Of a stretch of DNA of 64,000 bases, positions 18,518-27,192 are shown in pieces (position 1 is the first letter of the stretch; each line of letters opens with the position of its first letter). Source of the DNA: Vicinamibacterales bacterium (GTDB lineage Bacteria > Acidobacteriota > Vicinamibacteria > Vicinamibacterales > UBA8438); contig CBDBBK010000002.1 in the NCBI GenBank assembly GCA_965202655.1, forward strand, positions 658,528-722,527, written 5' to 3'. The notes beneath the pieces are model-generated. The model was not told where the DNA came from, did no database searches, and worked only from the letters and a program-made list of their open reading frames with translations. The position numbers and the translations under genes were made by a program.

Positions 18518-20242
18518 CTACTCCTCGGCGCTTATGTAACCCTGGCGCTCCAGGTGCAGGATGATGCGCTGGGCCGCCTCGTCGGGCGTGAGGGACGTCG
18601 TGTCGATGGTGACGTCGGCATCCGCGGGCGCTTCATAGGGATCGGAGATGCCGGTGAACTCCTTGATGATGCCGGCCCGCGCCTTGGCGTAGAGGCCCTT
18701 GCGGTCGCGCTGCTCGCACACCGTGAGCGGCGTGTCGACATGGACGAGGGCGAAGCCGCCGAGCGGCTCGATCATCCGCCGGACGTCCTTTCGCACCGTG
18801 TCGTAGGGAGCGATCGGCGCGCAGACGGCAATGCCGCCGTTCTTCGTGATTTCGGAGGCGACGTAGCCGATGCGCCGGATGTTGATGTCGCGGTGCTCCT
18901 TCGAGAAGCCGAGCTCGCTCGACAGGTTCTTGCGCACCAGATCGCCGTCGAGCAGCGTAACCGGCCGGCCGCCGAACTCCAGGAACTTCACCAGCAGGGC
19001 GTTCGCGATGGTCGACTTGCCCGAGCCGGACAGTCCGGTGAAGAAGACGGTGAAGCCCTGCCGGCCGCGCGGGGGGTGACTCCGGCGCAACTCTTCCGCG
19101 ACGTCCGGGAAGGTGAACCAGCTCGGGATGTCACGTCCTTCGGCGAGGCGCTCGCGCAACTCCGTGCCGGAGATGTTGAGCGTGCGCCGGCCCTCCTCCA
19201 CTTCGTCTATCGGGAGGTAGGCGTCGGCATCCTGCACGTAGACCATCAGCTTGAACGGCACCATCGTGACGCCCAGCTCGTCTTCGTGCGCACGAAGCAG
19301 CTCCTGCGCGTCGTACGGCCCGTAGAACGGGTTGCCGGCGGAATCACTCCCGGGGCCGGCATGGTCGCGGCCGACGATCAGGTGCGTGCACCCGTGGTTC
19401 TTCCGGATGATGGCGTGCCAGACCGCCTCACGCGGGCCGCCCATCCGCATCGCCAGGGGCAGCAGGGACAACTGCGCGGTGTTGGATGGATAACGGTGCA
19501 GCAGCGCCTGGTAGCAGCGCACGCGCGTGTAGTGATCGACGTCGCCCGGCTTCGTCATGCCGACCACGGGATGGATCAGCAGATCGGCGCCTACTTCCTT
19601 CGCGGCGCGCAACGTCAGTTCCTGGTGCGCGCGATGCATCGGATTGCGGGTCTGGAAGGCGACCACGTTCGTCCAGCCGAGCTTTCCGAACTGCGCCCGG
19701 AGCTCGGCCGGCGTATGGCGAATCTGCCGGTAGTCGTAATGCGTCACCGGCTGCACGACGGTGACCCGCCCGCCGACGTAGTACGGATGGGTGCGGTCGA
19801 GCAGGTGCGCGACGCCGGGGTGCTCGGGGTTGTCGGTGCCGAAGACCGCCACCGCCTCCGCGTCGCGGTCCGGCTGCCAGACGTCCTCGACGTCGACCAC
19901 GGCCAGCATCACGCCTTCCGGATCACGAAGGGCGAGCTTCGATCCCGGCGAGAGCGACGCGGCGAGATCCTCCGGCACGTCGAGCGTGATCGGAATGGGC
20001 CAGAGCGTGCCGTCCGCGAGCCGCATGTCCGCGCAGACGCCGTCGTAGTCCGCGCGCGTCATGAAGCCGGTCAATGGCGAGAAGCCACCGGCGCCCAGCA
20101 ACTCGAGGTCGCAGAGCTGTCGTTCCGTGAGGTCGTGGGAAGGCCAGTCGCGAGATGCCTCCTTCAGGGCGGCGCTGTCAGCGTCGGTGGCGAAGAGGTC
20201 TACGAGCCTGCCTCCATGGGGGGCGATGAGGTGATCCGTCAC
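18518..20242 (-). CDS. sat: bifunctional sulfate adenylyltransferase / adenylylsulfate kinase
   Basis: 574 aa. ATP-sulfurylase core (VAFQTRNPMHRAHQEL, HLIVGRDHAGPG) fused to a C-terminal APS kinase with P-loop FFTGLSGSGKSTIANAL. GTG start with GAAGGAG 11 nt upstream. Confidence 0.93.
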   Translation of the reverse strand: MTDHLIAPHGGRLVDLFATDADSAALKEASRDWPSHDLTERQLCDLELLGAGGFSPLTGFMTRADYDGVCADMRLADGTLWPIPITLDVPEDLAASLSPGSKLALRDPEGVMLAVVDVEDVWQPDRDAEAVAVFGTDNPEHPGVAHLLDRTHPYYVGGRVTVVQPVTHYDYRQIRHTPAELRAQFGKLGWTNVVAFQTRNPMHRAHQELTLRAAKEVGADLLIHPVVGMTKPGDVDHYTRVRCYQALLHRYPSNTAQLSLLPLAMRMGGPREAVWHAIIRKNHGCTHLIVGRDHAGPGSDSAGNPFYGPYDAQELLRAHEDELGVTMVPFKLMVYVQDADAYLPIDEVEEGRRTLNISGTELRERLAEGRDIPSWFTFPDVAEELRRSHPPRGRQGFTVFFTGLSGSGKSTIANALLVKFLEFGGRPVTLLDGDLVRKNLSSELGFSKEHRDINIRRIGYVASEITKNGGIAVCAPIAPYDTVRKDVRRMIEPLGGFALVHVDTPLTVCEQRDRKGLYAKARAGIIKEFTGISDPYEAPADADVTIDTTSLTPDEAAQRIILHLERQGYISAEE

Positions 20243-20447
20243 GATCGGCGCTGCTCCTTCTCTGGGGTCCTGGCAGCCCGTGCCAGGTGATTTCGAACCG
20301 AAAACTGTAGCATGCGGCGGGACTGGGGCCCGATGCGGGCCTCCGATTGCGCTCCCGCCCGGGAGCGTTTATCGTTGATTGTTCGCTGGCTTCAGGACGG
20401 CGGGCTGGGGGCGTTTCGCGGGGGTTGGCAAGGTTCAGGGGGATCAC

Positions 20448-21449
20448 ATGACTGTCCGCAATCTGATCGTGGGAGTGGCGTCGATTGCAATCCTGGTCGG
20501 GGTGGCGCCGGCGGCGTTCGGGCAGGACAACTACGCGGCGCCCCGCAACGCCTTGGGGCAGCCGGACCTGTCGGGCATCTGGGCGAACAACAGCGCGACC
20601 CCGATGGAACGTCCGGAACAGTTGGGCGAAAAGGCGACGCTTACCGACGAGGAGCTGGCCGAACTGACCCAGCGGATCGAGGCGTTCCGCGACGCCGAGC
20701 AGGCCGGCGACCTGTTGGGCGACCGGCTCATTCAACAGGCGCTCGGCAACGCCGAGTTCCAGGACTTCGATGTCATCACCGGCAACTACAACGCCTTCTG
20801 GCTGGTGGAGCGACAGCTCGACAACCGCACGTCGCTCGTCATCGACCCGCCGAACGGCCGGATCCCTCCGTTGACCGATGCCGCCCAGGCGCGCGCCGCG
20901 GAGCGTAGCGCCTACCGGGCGGCGCATCCGTCCGACGGCCCGGAGGACCGCACGCTGGGCGACCGCTGCCTCCACTTCCAGGCGCCGAACATGGGCTCGG
21001 GCTACAACAGCTACTTCCAACTGCTGCAGACGCCCACCCACGTGGCGATCTTCCAGGAGATGGGACATTTCAGCCGTCTGATCCCGATCGACGACCGGCC
21101 TCACGTGGACGGGGACGTTCGGCTCTGGGCCGGCGATTCGCGCGGCCGCTGGGACGGCGACACGCTGGTGGTCGAGACCCGGAACTACTCGCCGAAGACC
21201 GGCTTCAGCGGCGCGACGGAGAACCTCCACCTCGTGGAGCGCTTCACCCGGATCAGCCCGACCGTCCTGCGGCAGGCGATCACGCTGACCGATCCCGACA
21301 CCTGGACGCAGCCCTGGACGGTCGAGCTGCTGCATCAGTCGACCATGGACCCGATCTTCGAGTACGCCTGCCACGAGGGGAACTACGCGATGCCGGGCAT
21401 CCTGGCCGGCGCGCGGCTCGAGGAGCGGGAGGCCGGCGGCGGCCAGTAG
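20448..21449 (+). CDS. exported hypothetical protein
   Basis: The ATG at 20448 gives MTVRNLIVGVASIAILVGVAPAAFGQ (a signal peptide). Composition is normal with Trp/Tyr/Asn-rich segments. I recognise no family. The opposite-strand 427-aa ORF is Arg-rich shadow. Confidence 0.65.
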   Translation: MTVRNLIVGVASIAILVGVAPAAFGQDNYAAPRNALGQPDLSGIWANNSATPMERPEQLGEKATLTDEELAELTQRIEAFRDAEQAGDLLGDRLIQQALGNAEFQDFDVITGNYNAFWLVERQLDNRTSLVIDPPNGRIPPLTDAAQARAAERSAYRAAHPSDGPEDRTLGDRCLHFQAPNMGSGYNSYFQLLQTPTHVAIFQEMGHFSRLIPIDDRPHVDGDVRLWAGDSRGRWDGDTLVVETRNYSPKTGFSGATENLHLVERFTRISPTVLRQAITLTDPDTWTQPWTVELLHQSTMDPIFEYACHEGNYAMPGILAGARLEEREAGGGQ

Positions 21450-21545
21450 GGTCGCACGCATAGCGCTCCGAAGAGCAGAGCGGACGGCCGTAGTACCGCG
21501 GCCGCACCGGCCCGCCTGACAGGACGGCTGGCGCGAGGCGCCCGA

Positions 21546-22655
21546 TCACGGAGCCGGCGCCAGCGCGGTCAGCTCCCGGGCCTCTTTCACGAAAGCGGCC
21601 TCGGCCACGCCTATCGCGCCGTCATTGGTCGCAAACGCCAGCACCAGATTCCTGGCAAGCAGGACAACCAGCAACGCGTACCACATCGTGTTGCTGCCGT
21701 TGTGCCAGATCACGGGACCGCCGGCCGAGTCGCTCGTGTAGCAGGCCCAGCCGCATGCGTAATCGTCGAGAAACGGCGTGTGCAACCGCTTCCATGCCGA
21801 CTGCGGGAGCAGGCCCGGCAAGCTTCCGGACTCTCCCCCGAGGTGGACCGCGCCGTAGCGGGCCAGGTCGCCGATCGTCATGTGAACGACGCCAGCGGGC
21901 GCCATCACCGGCGAGTTGTCGGCGCGCGTCGTGAACGGGTCCATCGGCTTGCGGAACCAGCGGAACCAGGCGACGTGTCCGACCGGCTCCTGATTCGGGC
22001 CATCGCCCCGCGGCGGGCCGAAGCCGGCGCTCGTGAGTTTCAGCGGGGCGAAGACGCGGTCCCGGAGCAGGACTTCGAAGGGTTTACCGGTGATCGTTTC
22101 GGCAATGTGGCCGGCGATGGTGTAGCCAACGTTGGAATACTCGTGCCGCTTGCCCGAGGGGTATCGAGGCTTCCTGGCGAGAACGTCGGCGACGTGGCGG
22201 CGCCGCGCTCGGACCAGTTCCTCGGCGGTGTCGGGCCAGACGTTCTGCACCCTGTAGGGAAAGTTCGCGCGCGCACCACCGGTGTGCGTCAGCAGGTGAT
22301 GCAACGTGCAGCCACTCCAGCCCTCCGCGATGGCGACATCGGGCAACAACGCGGGCAACGTGTCGTCCAGGGACAACTGCCCGTCGTCTTCGAGCACGGC
22401 GAGCAGAGTAGCCGTCATGGACTTGGTGATCGAGCCGACGTGCCAGCGGTCGCCGGCGGTCACCGGGATGCCCGAACCTCGTCGACGCTCGCCACTGGCG
22501 GCCACGGCAACCAGTTGCCTGCCGGTCATCACGGCAGCGGCCACTGCAGTCAGCCCTGCCTCGTTCCGCAACCGCGCCATGCGGGTCTCGAGGAGTGCCT
22601 GCCAGTCTTCGGTGTTGCGGAGTGCCGCTTGGCTCACGTACCCATGATGACGCAC
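21546..22655 (-). CDS. serine hydrolase, beta-lactamase/transpeptidase-like family
   Basis: 369 aa. The SxxK motif is in HVGSITKSMTA, and a YSNVGY (YxN) motif is present. Confidence 0.85.
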   Translation of the reverse strand: MRHHGYVSQAALRNTEDWQALLETRMARLRNEAGLTAVAAAVMTGRQLVAVAASGERRRGSGIPVTAGDRWHVGSITKSMTATLLAVLEDDGQLSLDDTLPALLPDVAIAEGWSGCTLHHLLTHTGGARANFPYRVQNVWPDTAEELVRARRRHVADVLARKPRYPSGKRHEYSNVGYTIAGHIAETITGKPFEVLLRDRVFAPLKLTSAGFGPPRGDGPNQEPVGHVAWFRWFRKPMDPFTTRADNSPVMAPAGVVHMTIGDLARYGAVHLGGESGSLPGLLPQSAWKRLHTPFLDDYACGWACYTSDSAGGPVIWHNGSNTMWYALLVVLLARNLVLAFATNDGAIGVAEAAFVKEARELTALAPAP

Positions 22656-22727
22656 CGGCTCCGGGCCCGGTTCCAGACACGTCCCGCTTCCGCGGTGGCG
22701 ATGAACAGTTGCAGCCGTGTCATGCTG

Positions 22728-23651
22728 CTAACGCCCCGGCCACGCGCGCCAGAGGGCGGCGGCGACGCTCCCGACGAGGGAGTGGAGGACGGCGGAGATG
22801 GCGCTCGGGACGGCGGTCAGGGGATTGATGAAGTTCTGCTGGGCGAGGACGACGCCGAGGCCCGAGTTCTGCATGCCGACCTCGATCGCGGCGGTCCGCG
22901 CCGCCTGTTCCTTGCGAAGCCAGAGCTTTCCGGCGGTATAGCCGAGCACGAAGCCGCCGGCATGGAGGGAGAGGACCGCCAGGAGCAGGCGCAGGCCGGC
23001 GTCGATGACCGCTTCGCGGTTGCCGGCGATCACGGAGCCGGCAATCAGGATGATCGCGAGGACGGCGACCAGCGGGGCCACCGGCAGGACGCGGTCGCAC
23101 GCGCGCGGGAACCGGGCCTTGAGGAGCGCGCCGGCCGCGACGGGGAGAATCACCACCTGCACGGTGTCGGTCAGCAGGCCGACGACGGGCACGTCGATCC
23201 GGTTGCCGGCGAGGAGTGCGGTCAGCGCGGGGGTGGCGAGCGCGGCCAGCAGCGTCGAGGCGGTGGTCATCGCGACGGAGAGGGCGACGTCGGCGCGGGC
23301 GATGAACGCGATGACGTTCGACGCGGTGCCGCCCGGGCAGCAGCTCACGAGGATCAGGCCGACCGCGAAGGGCGCCGGGAGGCCGAAGATCAGGCCCAGA
23401 GTCAGGCCGAGCAGCGGCATGAGCGTATATTGGAGCGCGACGCCCGGCAGGACGTTCGCGCGTTCGCGCACGATGCGGCGGAAATCCTCGAAGCCGACGG
23501 TCATCCCCATGCTCAGCATGATGAGGCCGAGCCCAAGAGGGATCAGCGGGCCGCTGAACCAGGTGAACGACGCGGGACGCCAGAGGGCGAGCGCGCTGGC
23601 GAGAATGAGCCAGAGCGGGAAGGCGTTGGTGGCGGTCGCGAGCAGGCCCAA
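22728..23651 (-). CDS. bile acid:sodium symporter (BASS/SBF) family transporter
   Basis: 307 aa polytopic membrane protein. Family-typical segments: LSMGMTV, LVSCCPGGTASNV, EVGMQNSGLG. Confidence 0.85.
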   Translation of the reverse strand: MGLLATATNAFPLWLILASALALWRPASFTWFSGPLIPLGLGLIMLSMGMTVGFEDFRRIVRERANVLPGVALQYTLMPLLGLTLGLIFGLPAPFAVGLILVSCCPGGTASNVIAFIARADVALSVAMTTASTLLAALATPALTALLAGNRIDVPVVGLLTDTVQVVILPVAAGALLKARFPRACDRVLPVAPLVAVLAIILIAGSVIAGNREAVIDAGLRLLLAVLSLHAGGFVLGYTAGKLWLRKEQAARTAAIEVGMQNSGLGVVLAQQNFINPLTAVPSAISAVLHSLVGSVAAALWRAWPGR

Positions 23652-23709
23652 CGCCGTGGATTGTACGTGCGCGGCGCACGCGCGGTGAGCGCGGGGAGGC
23701 GGTGAACGG

Positions 23710-24534
23710 ATGATGGGGTTTCAGGCGGACCTGTTGAAGGGGAAGGCGGCGCTGGTGACGGGCGGCGGTTCCGGCATCTGCCGCGGCATGGCGCTCGCGC
23801 TGGCGGCCCACGGGTGCGACGTGGCGGTGAACGGGCGGCGGCCGGAACCGCTGGAGGCGGTACGGGACGAGATTGAAGCGCGCGGCGCACGCGGGTTCGC
23901 GGCGGCCGGGGACGTGCGGGACCCGGCGGCGGCCGAGGCGGCGGTGACGTCGACGGTCGAGGCTTTCGGACGGCTCGACATCCTCGTGAACGGGGCGGCG
24001 GGGAACTTCCTCTGCCTCGCGGAGAATCTGTCACCCAACGGATTCGGCGCCGTGGTCGACATCGACCTGAAGGGCACGTTCCATATGTGCCGGGCGGCCC
24101 TGCCGCACCTGAAGGAGAAACGGGGGAGCGTGCTGAACATCAGCGCGACGCTGCACTATCTGGGGACGGCGGCGCAGTTGCACGTATCGGCGGCGAAGGC
24201 GGGCGTCGACGCGCTGACGCGCGTGCTGGCGGTGGAGTGGGGTCCCCACGGGATCCGCGTGAACGGCATCGCCCCGGGACCGATCGCCGGCACCGAGGGC
24301 GTCAGGCGGTTGCTGGTGGGCGAGGCGAAGGCGCGGACCGTCAACACCACGCCGCTACGGCGACTGGGCGCGACCGATGACGTATCGCAGGCGGCGCTGT
24401 ATCTCTGTTCGGACCTGGCGTCGTTCGTGACGGGCGTGACACTGGTGGTGGATGGCGGGCTGTGGCTGGCGTCGAGCCGCATGAGCGAAGCGTGGGATGC
24501 ATCGCTGGCGGCGGCGGAACAGGCATCATCGTAG
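23710..24534 (+). CDS. short-chain dehydrogenase/reductase, 2,4-dienoyl-CoA reductase-like
   Basis: 274 aa. TGGGSGICRG cofactor motif, NGAAGNF, and SAAKAG in place of the classical YxxxK, as in DECR-type SDRs. Confidence 0.8.
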   Translation: MMGFQADLLKGKAALVTGGGSGICRGMALALAAHGCDVAVNGRRPEPLEAVRDEIEARGARGFAAAGDVRDPAAAEAAVTSTVEAFGRLDILVNGAAGNFLCLAENLSPNGFGAVVDIDLKGTFHMCRAALPHLKEKRGSVLNISATLHYLGTAAQLHVSAAKAGVDALTRVLAVEWGPHGIRVNGIAPGPIAGTEGVRRLLVGEAKARTVNTTPLRRLGATDDVSQAALYLCSDLASFVTGVTLVVDGGLWLASSRMSEAWDASLAAAEQASS

Positions 24535-24556
24535 AGAGCAACCGGGGAGAGACCTG

Positions 24557-24886
24557 ATGAGTGAATTGGCGAAGCAGGAGTGCATTCCGTGCAAGGGCGG
24601 CGTGCCGCCGCTGGCCGGCGACGAGCTGGCCGCCGTCCAGGAGCGGCTGGGCGGCAACTGGAACGTCGTCGAGGGGCATCACCTGGAGAAGGTGTACAAG
24701 TTCGACGATTTCCGGCAGGCGCTCGACTTCACGGTCAAGGTGGGAGAGATGGCGGAGCAGCAGTTCCACCATCCCGACATCTACCTGGCGTGGGGGCGGG
24801 TGAAAGTCGTCATCTGGACGCACAAGATCGATGGGCTGACGGAGAGCGACTTCGTCTTTGCCGCGAAAGCGGACGCGCTACTCTAG
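24557..24886 (+). CDS. phhB: pterin-4-alpha-carbinolamine dehydratase
   Basis: 109 aa from MSELAKQECIPCKGG... with the signature EQQFHHPDIYLAWGRVKVVIWTH. The track start at 24497 adds an Arg-rich extension, which I rejected. Confidence 0.85.
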   Translation: MSELAKQECIPCKGGVPPLAGDELAAVQERLGGNWNVVEGHHLEKVYKFDDFRQALDFTVKVGEMAEQQFHHPDIYLAWGRVKVVIWTHKIDGLTESDFVFAAKADALL

Positions 24887-25360
24887 CTGCTGGTCGTCCC
24901 ACGAGACGGGATCGCCCAGCGCGATGGCGCCGTCGTCCAGGCTCTCCGCGTAGGCGCCGCCGGCCCATCCCGGGTTGCGCATCACGTTCCGCAACCCGGG
25001 AGCGGCTTCGTCCATCCGCTCGCAAGGGCGGGTCTCCCCGTTGATGCGGAAGCGGCACGAGCCGATGCGCAGCACGCGGCCGCGCGTGCCTTCGAGCCGG
25101 ATGCCGGAGATCAGGACGTTGGCCCGGCGGATGGCGGGATCGAGATGGTCCGCCATCGCCTCGCTCACCCGATCCCACTCGCCGCGCGAGATGAGGGTCA
25201 CCTGCCGCTTGCCGCCCTGATCCGCATTGCCGACCAGACCCTGCCCCGCGCGCAGTTCCGCCTGCTGCACGGGGTCCATCGGCCCGCGGCGAAAGCGTTT
25301 GATCCAGATCCGTTCGAGCCGTCCCACGTCCGTCCCGCCCGCCGTGTTCGTTCCTGCCAT
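24878..25360 (-). CDS. MOSC domain-containing protein
   Basis: 160 aa, beta-barrel MOSC-like with the conserved Cys context FRINGETRPCERMD. Confidence 0.7.
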   Translation of the reverse strand: MAGTNTAGGTDVGRLERIWIKRFRRGPMDPVQQAELRAGQGLVGNADQGGKRQVTLISRGEWDRVSEAMADHLDPAIRRANVLISGIRLEGTRGRVLRIGSCRFRINGETRPCERMDEAAPGLRNVMRNPGWAGGAYAESLDDGAIALGDPVSWDDQQLE

Positions 25361-25384
25361 CTTCCAGTTTCTCCGCTTGAGCCC

Positions 25385-25424
25385 GTGGTGAAACCCCGCT
25401 CGAAGGTAGCAGGGGGTTCACCAC
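25385..25424. promoter_or_regulatory. long imperfect inverted repeat in a divergent promoter region
   Basis: GTGGTGAAACCCC - 14 nt - GGGGTTCACCAC. 12 of 13 positions are complementary, with one extra A. It lies between the MOSC gene (minus) and the adenylating-enzyme gene (plus). Confidence 0.4.
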
Positions 25425-25451
25425 CGACTGCTAGTGTAAGATTCCCGCTCG

Positions 25452-26555
25452 ATGAGTGCACCGGCTACCGATACCGACGGCCGTTCCGCCGCCGCCCGCG
25501 AGGCGCTCGACGCCTGGGTCCGCGAGGTGGTCGAGTGGCATTTCGATCCCGCGACCGGCAGCCCCTTCTGGCTGGGCTGGGCCGAACGGGCGGGATGGGA
25601 TCCCCGCGGCGCAGTGAACGGTTTCGACGACCTGAAGAAGTTCGGCCACTTCGAGGACGAGTGGCTCCGCGGCGGACCGGTTCGGCGGTGGGTGCCCAAG
25701 GGGCTTGCCGACCGTCCGGTCTACGTCTTCGAGACCGGCGGGACGACCGGCATTCCGAAGAGCCGGATCGCGATCGACGATTTCCGGACGGACTACGAGT
25801 TGTTCTCGGAGACGCTCCCCGACGAGTGCTTCCCGAAGGGCTCCAACTGGCTGATGCTCGGCCCGAGCGGTCCGCGCCGCCTGCGCCTCGCCGTCGAACA
25901 CCTGGCGCAGTATCGCGGCGGCATCTGCTTCTGTGTCGATCTCGACCCGCGCTGGGTGATCAAGTTGATCAAGAAGGGGTGGATGGACCATCTCAAGGCG
26001 TACCAGGCGCACGTCATCGATCAGGCCCTGACGGTCCTGTCGGCCGGCCACGACATCAAGTGCCTGTTCTCCACCCCGAAACTGATCGAGGCGCTCGCCA
26101 CGCGTCTCGAGGACGAGGGATCGAGCATCCGGGAGACAGGCATTACCGGCATCTTCGCGGGCGGTACGGAGTTCACGCCGCAGTGGAACCGTTTCGCGCA
26201 CGAGGAGTTGCTCGACGGCGTCTACATGACCCCCACCTATGGCAACACGCTGATGGGGCTTGCCGGCTCGCCGCCGAGCGGACCGGAAGACGGCTACAAG
26301 ATCACCTATTACGCTCCCCAGCCGCGCGCGGTCCTGCAGGTGGTCGATCCGGACGACGCGGACCGCGAGGTGGGTTACGGCGACACGGGCCGGGTGATGC
26401 TGACGACGCTGACGAAGGAATTCTTCGTCCCCCGGTTCCTCGAGCGGGACGAAGGAGAACGCGAACCGCCCTGCGAGCAGTATCCGTGGGACGGCGTGAG
26501 CGGCGTCCGCCCGTTCAGCGCCCTGGCGTCCTCGACAACGGTCGGCGTCTACTGA
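25452..26555 (+). CDS. adenylate-forming enzyme, LuxE/PaaK-like (acyl-protein or acyl-CoA synthetase-like)
   Basis: 367 aa. FETGGTTGIPKS resembles the (S/T)SGTTG(x)PK adenylation motif and the LuxE FTSSGTNGLKS. Later GIFAGGTEF. The length matches LuxE rather than full ANL ligases. Confidence 0.5.
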   Translation: MSAPATDTDGRSAAAREALDAWVREVVEWHFDPATGSPFWLGWAERAGWDPRGAVNGFDDLKKFGHFEDEWLRGGPVRRWVPKGLADRPVYVFETGGTTGIPKSRIAIDDFRTDYELFSETLPDECFPKGSNWLMLGPSGPRRLRLAVEHLAQYRGGICFCVDLDPRWVIKLIKKGWMDHLKAYQAHVIDQALTVLSAGHDIKCLFSTPKLIEALATRLEDEGSSIRETGITGIFAGGTEFTPQWNRFAHEELLDGVYMTPTYGNTLMGLAGSPPSGPEDGYKITYYAPQPRAVLQVVDPDDADREVGYGDTGRVMLTTLTKEFFVPRFLERDEGEREPPCEQYPWDGVSGVRPFSALASSTTVGVY

Positions 26556-26664
26556 CCGGGTCGGGTATCATGAGGAGGCCGCTTCGCGCGGCCCCCGGCG
26601 GACAATCAACCGAGCGGGCGTAACGGCGCACGAACGCCGTCTATTTGAAGGAGCGAGACCCACA

Positions 26665-27189
26665 ATGCGAACCGAACTGCTGAACCGAAACCTGCTGATC
26701 ACGCTGGCGATTTTCGCCCTGGCCGCGGCCGGGTGCGGCGGCGGTGGTGGCGAGATGGCCCCCGAAGAGCCGATGGAGATGGAGGCCGAAGAGCCGATGG
26801 CCGACGCCGCGCCGAGCGGACCGCCGCGCGTCTTCTTCGTGGCCCCGCTCGACGGTGAGGCGATGTCCAGCGACCACGACGTCGAAGTCGAGATGGGCGC
26901 GGAGAACTATCCCATTTCGGCCATCCCCGAGGGCTTCGATCCGGAGACCGACACGCCGCGCGAAGGCATGGGCCACTTTCATGTCGGACTGAATACCGGT
27001 TGCCTCCCGGTCGGCGAAGTGATCCCGCAGGGCCAGGGCTGGCAGCACTTCGGCGACGGCTCGAACGCCTACACGCTGCAGGTCGAGCCGGGTACGTACG
27101 AGCTGACGGTCCAGATCGGCGACGACCTCCACGCGACCCAGGAGGGACTCTGCGAGACGATCAGCATCGAGGTGGCTGACGGCATCTAG
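26665..27189 (+). CDS. DUF4399 domain lipoprotein
   Basis: Lipobox LAAAGC. The domain pattern PRVFFVAPLDGEAM...GMGHFHVGLN...QHFGDGSNAYTLQVEPGTYELTVQIGDDLH matches DUF4399 as I remember it. GAAGGAG Shine-Dalgarno. Confidence 0.7.
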   Translation: MRTELLNRNLLITLAIFALAAAGCGGGGGEMAPEEPMEMEAEEPMADAAPSGPPRVFFVAPLDGEAMSSDHDVEVEMGAENYPISAIPEGFDPETDTPREGMGHFHVGLNTGCLPVGEVIPQGQGWQHFGDGSNAYTLQVEPGTYELTVQIGDDLHATQEGLCETISIEVADGI

Positions 27190-27192
27190 CCG

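Noticed and set aside
20269-20287. CCTGGCAGCCCGTGCCAGG upstream of sat. On the minus strand it contains TGGCAC and looked like a fourth sigma-54 promoter.
   Set aside because: The GG-to-GC spacing is 8 nt, not 10, so it does not fit the -24/-12 geometry. It is a perfect 7-bp stem with a 5-nt loop in the sat 5' UTR. I recorded it only as a hairpin.
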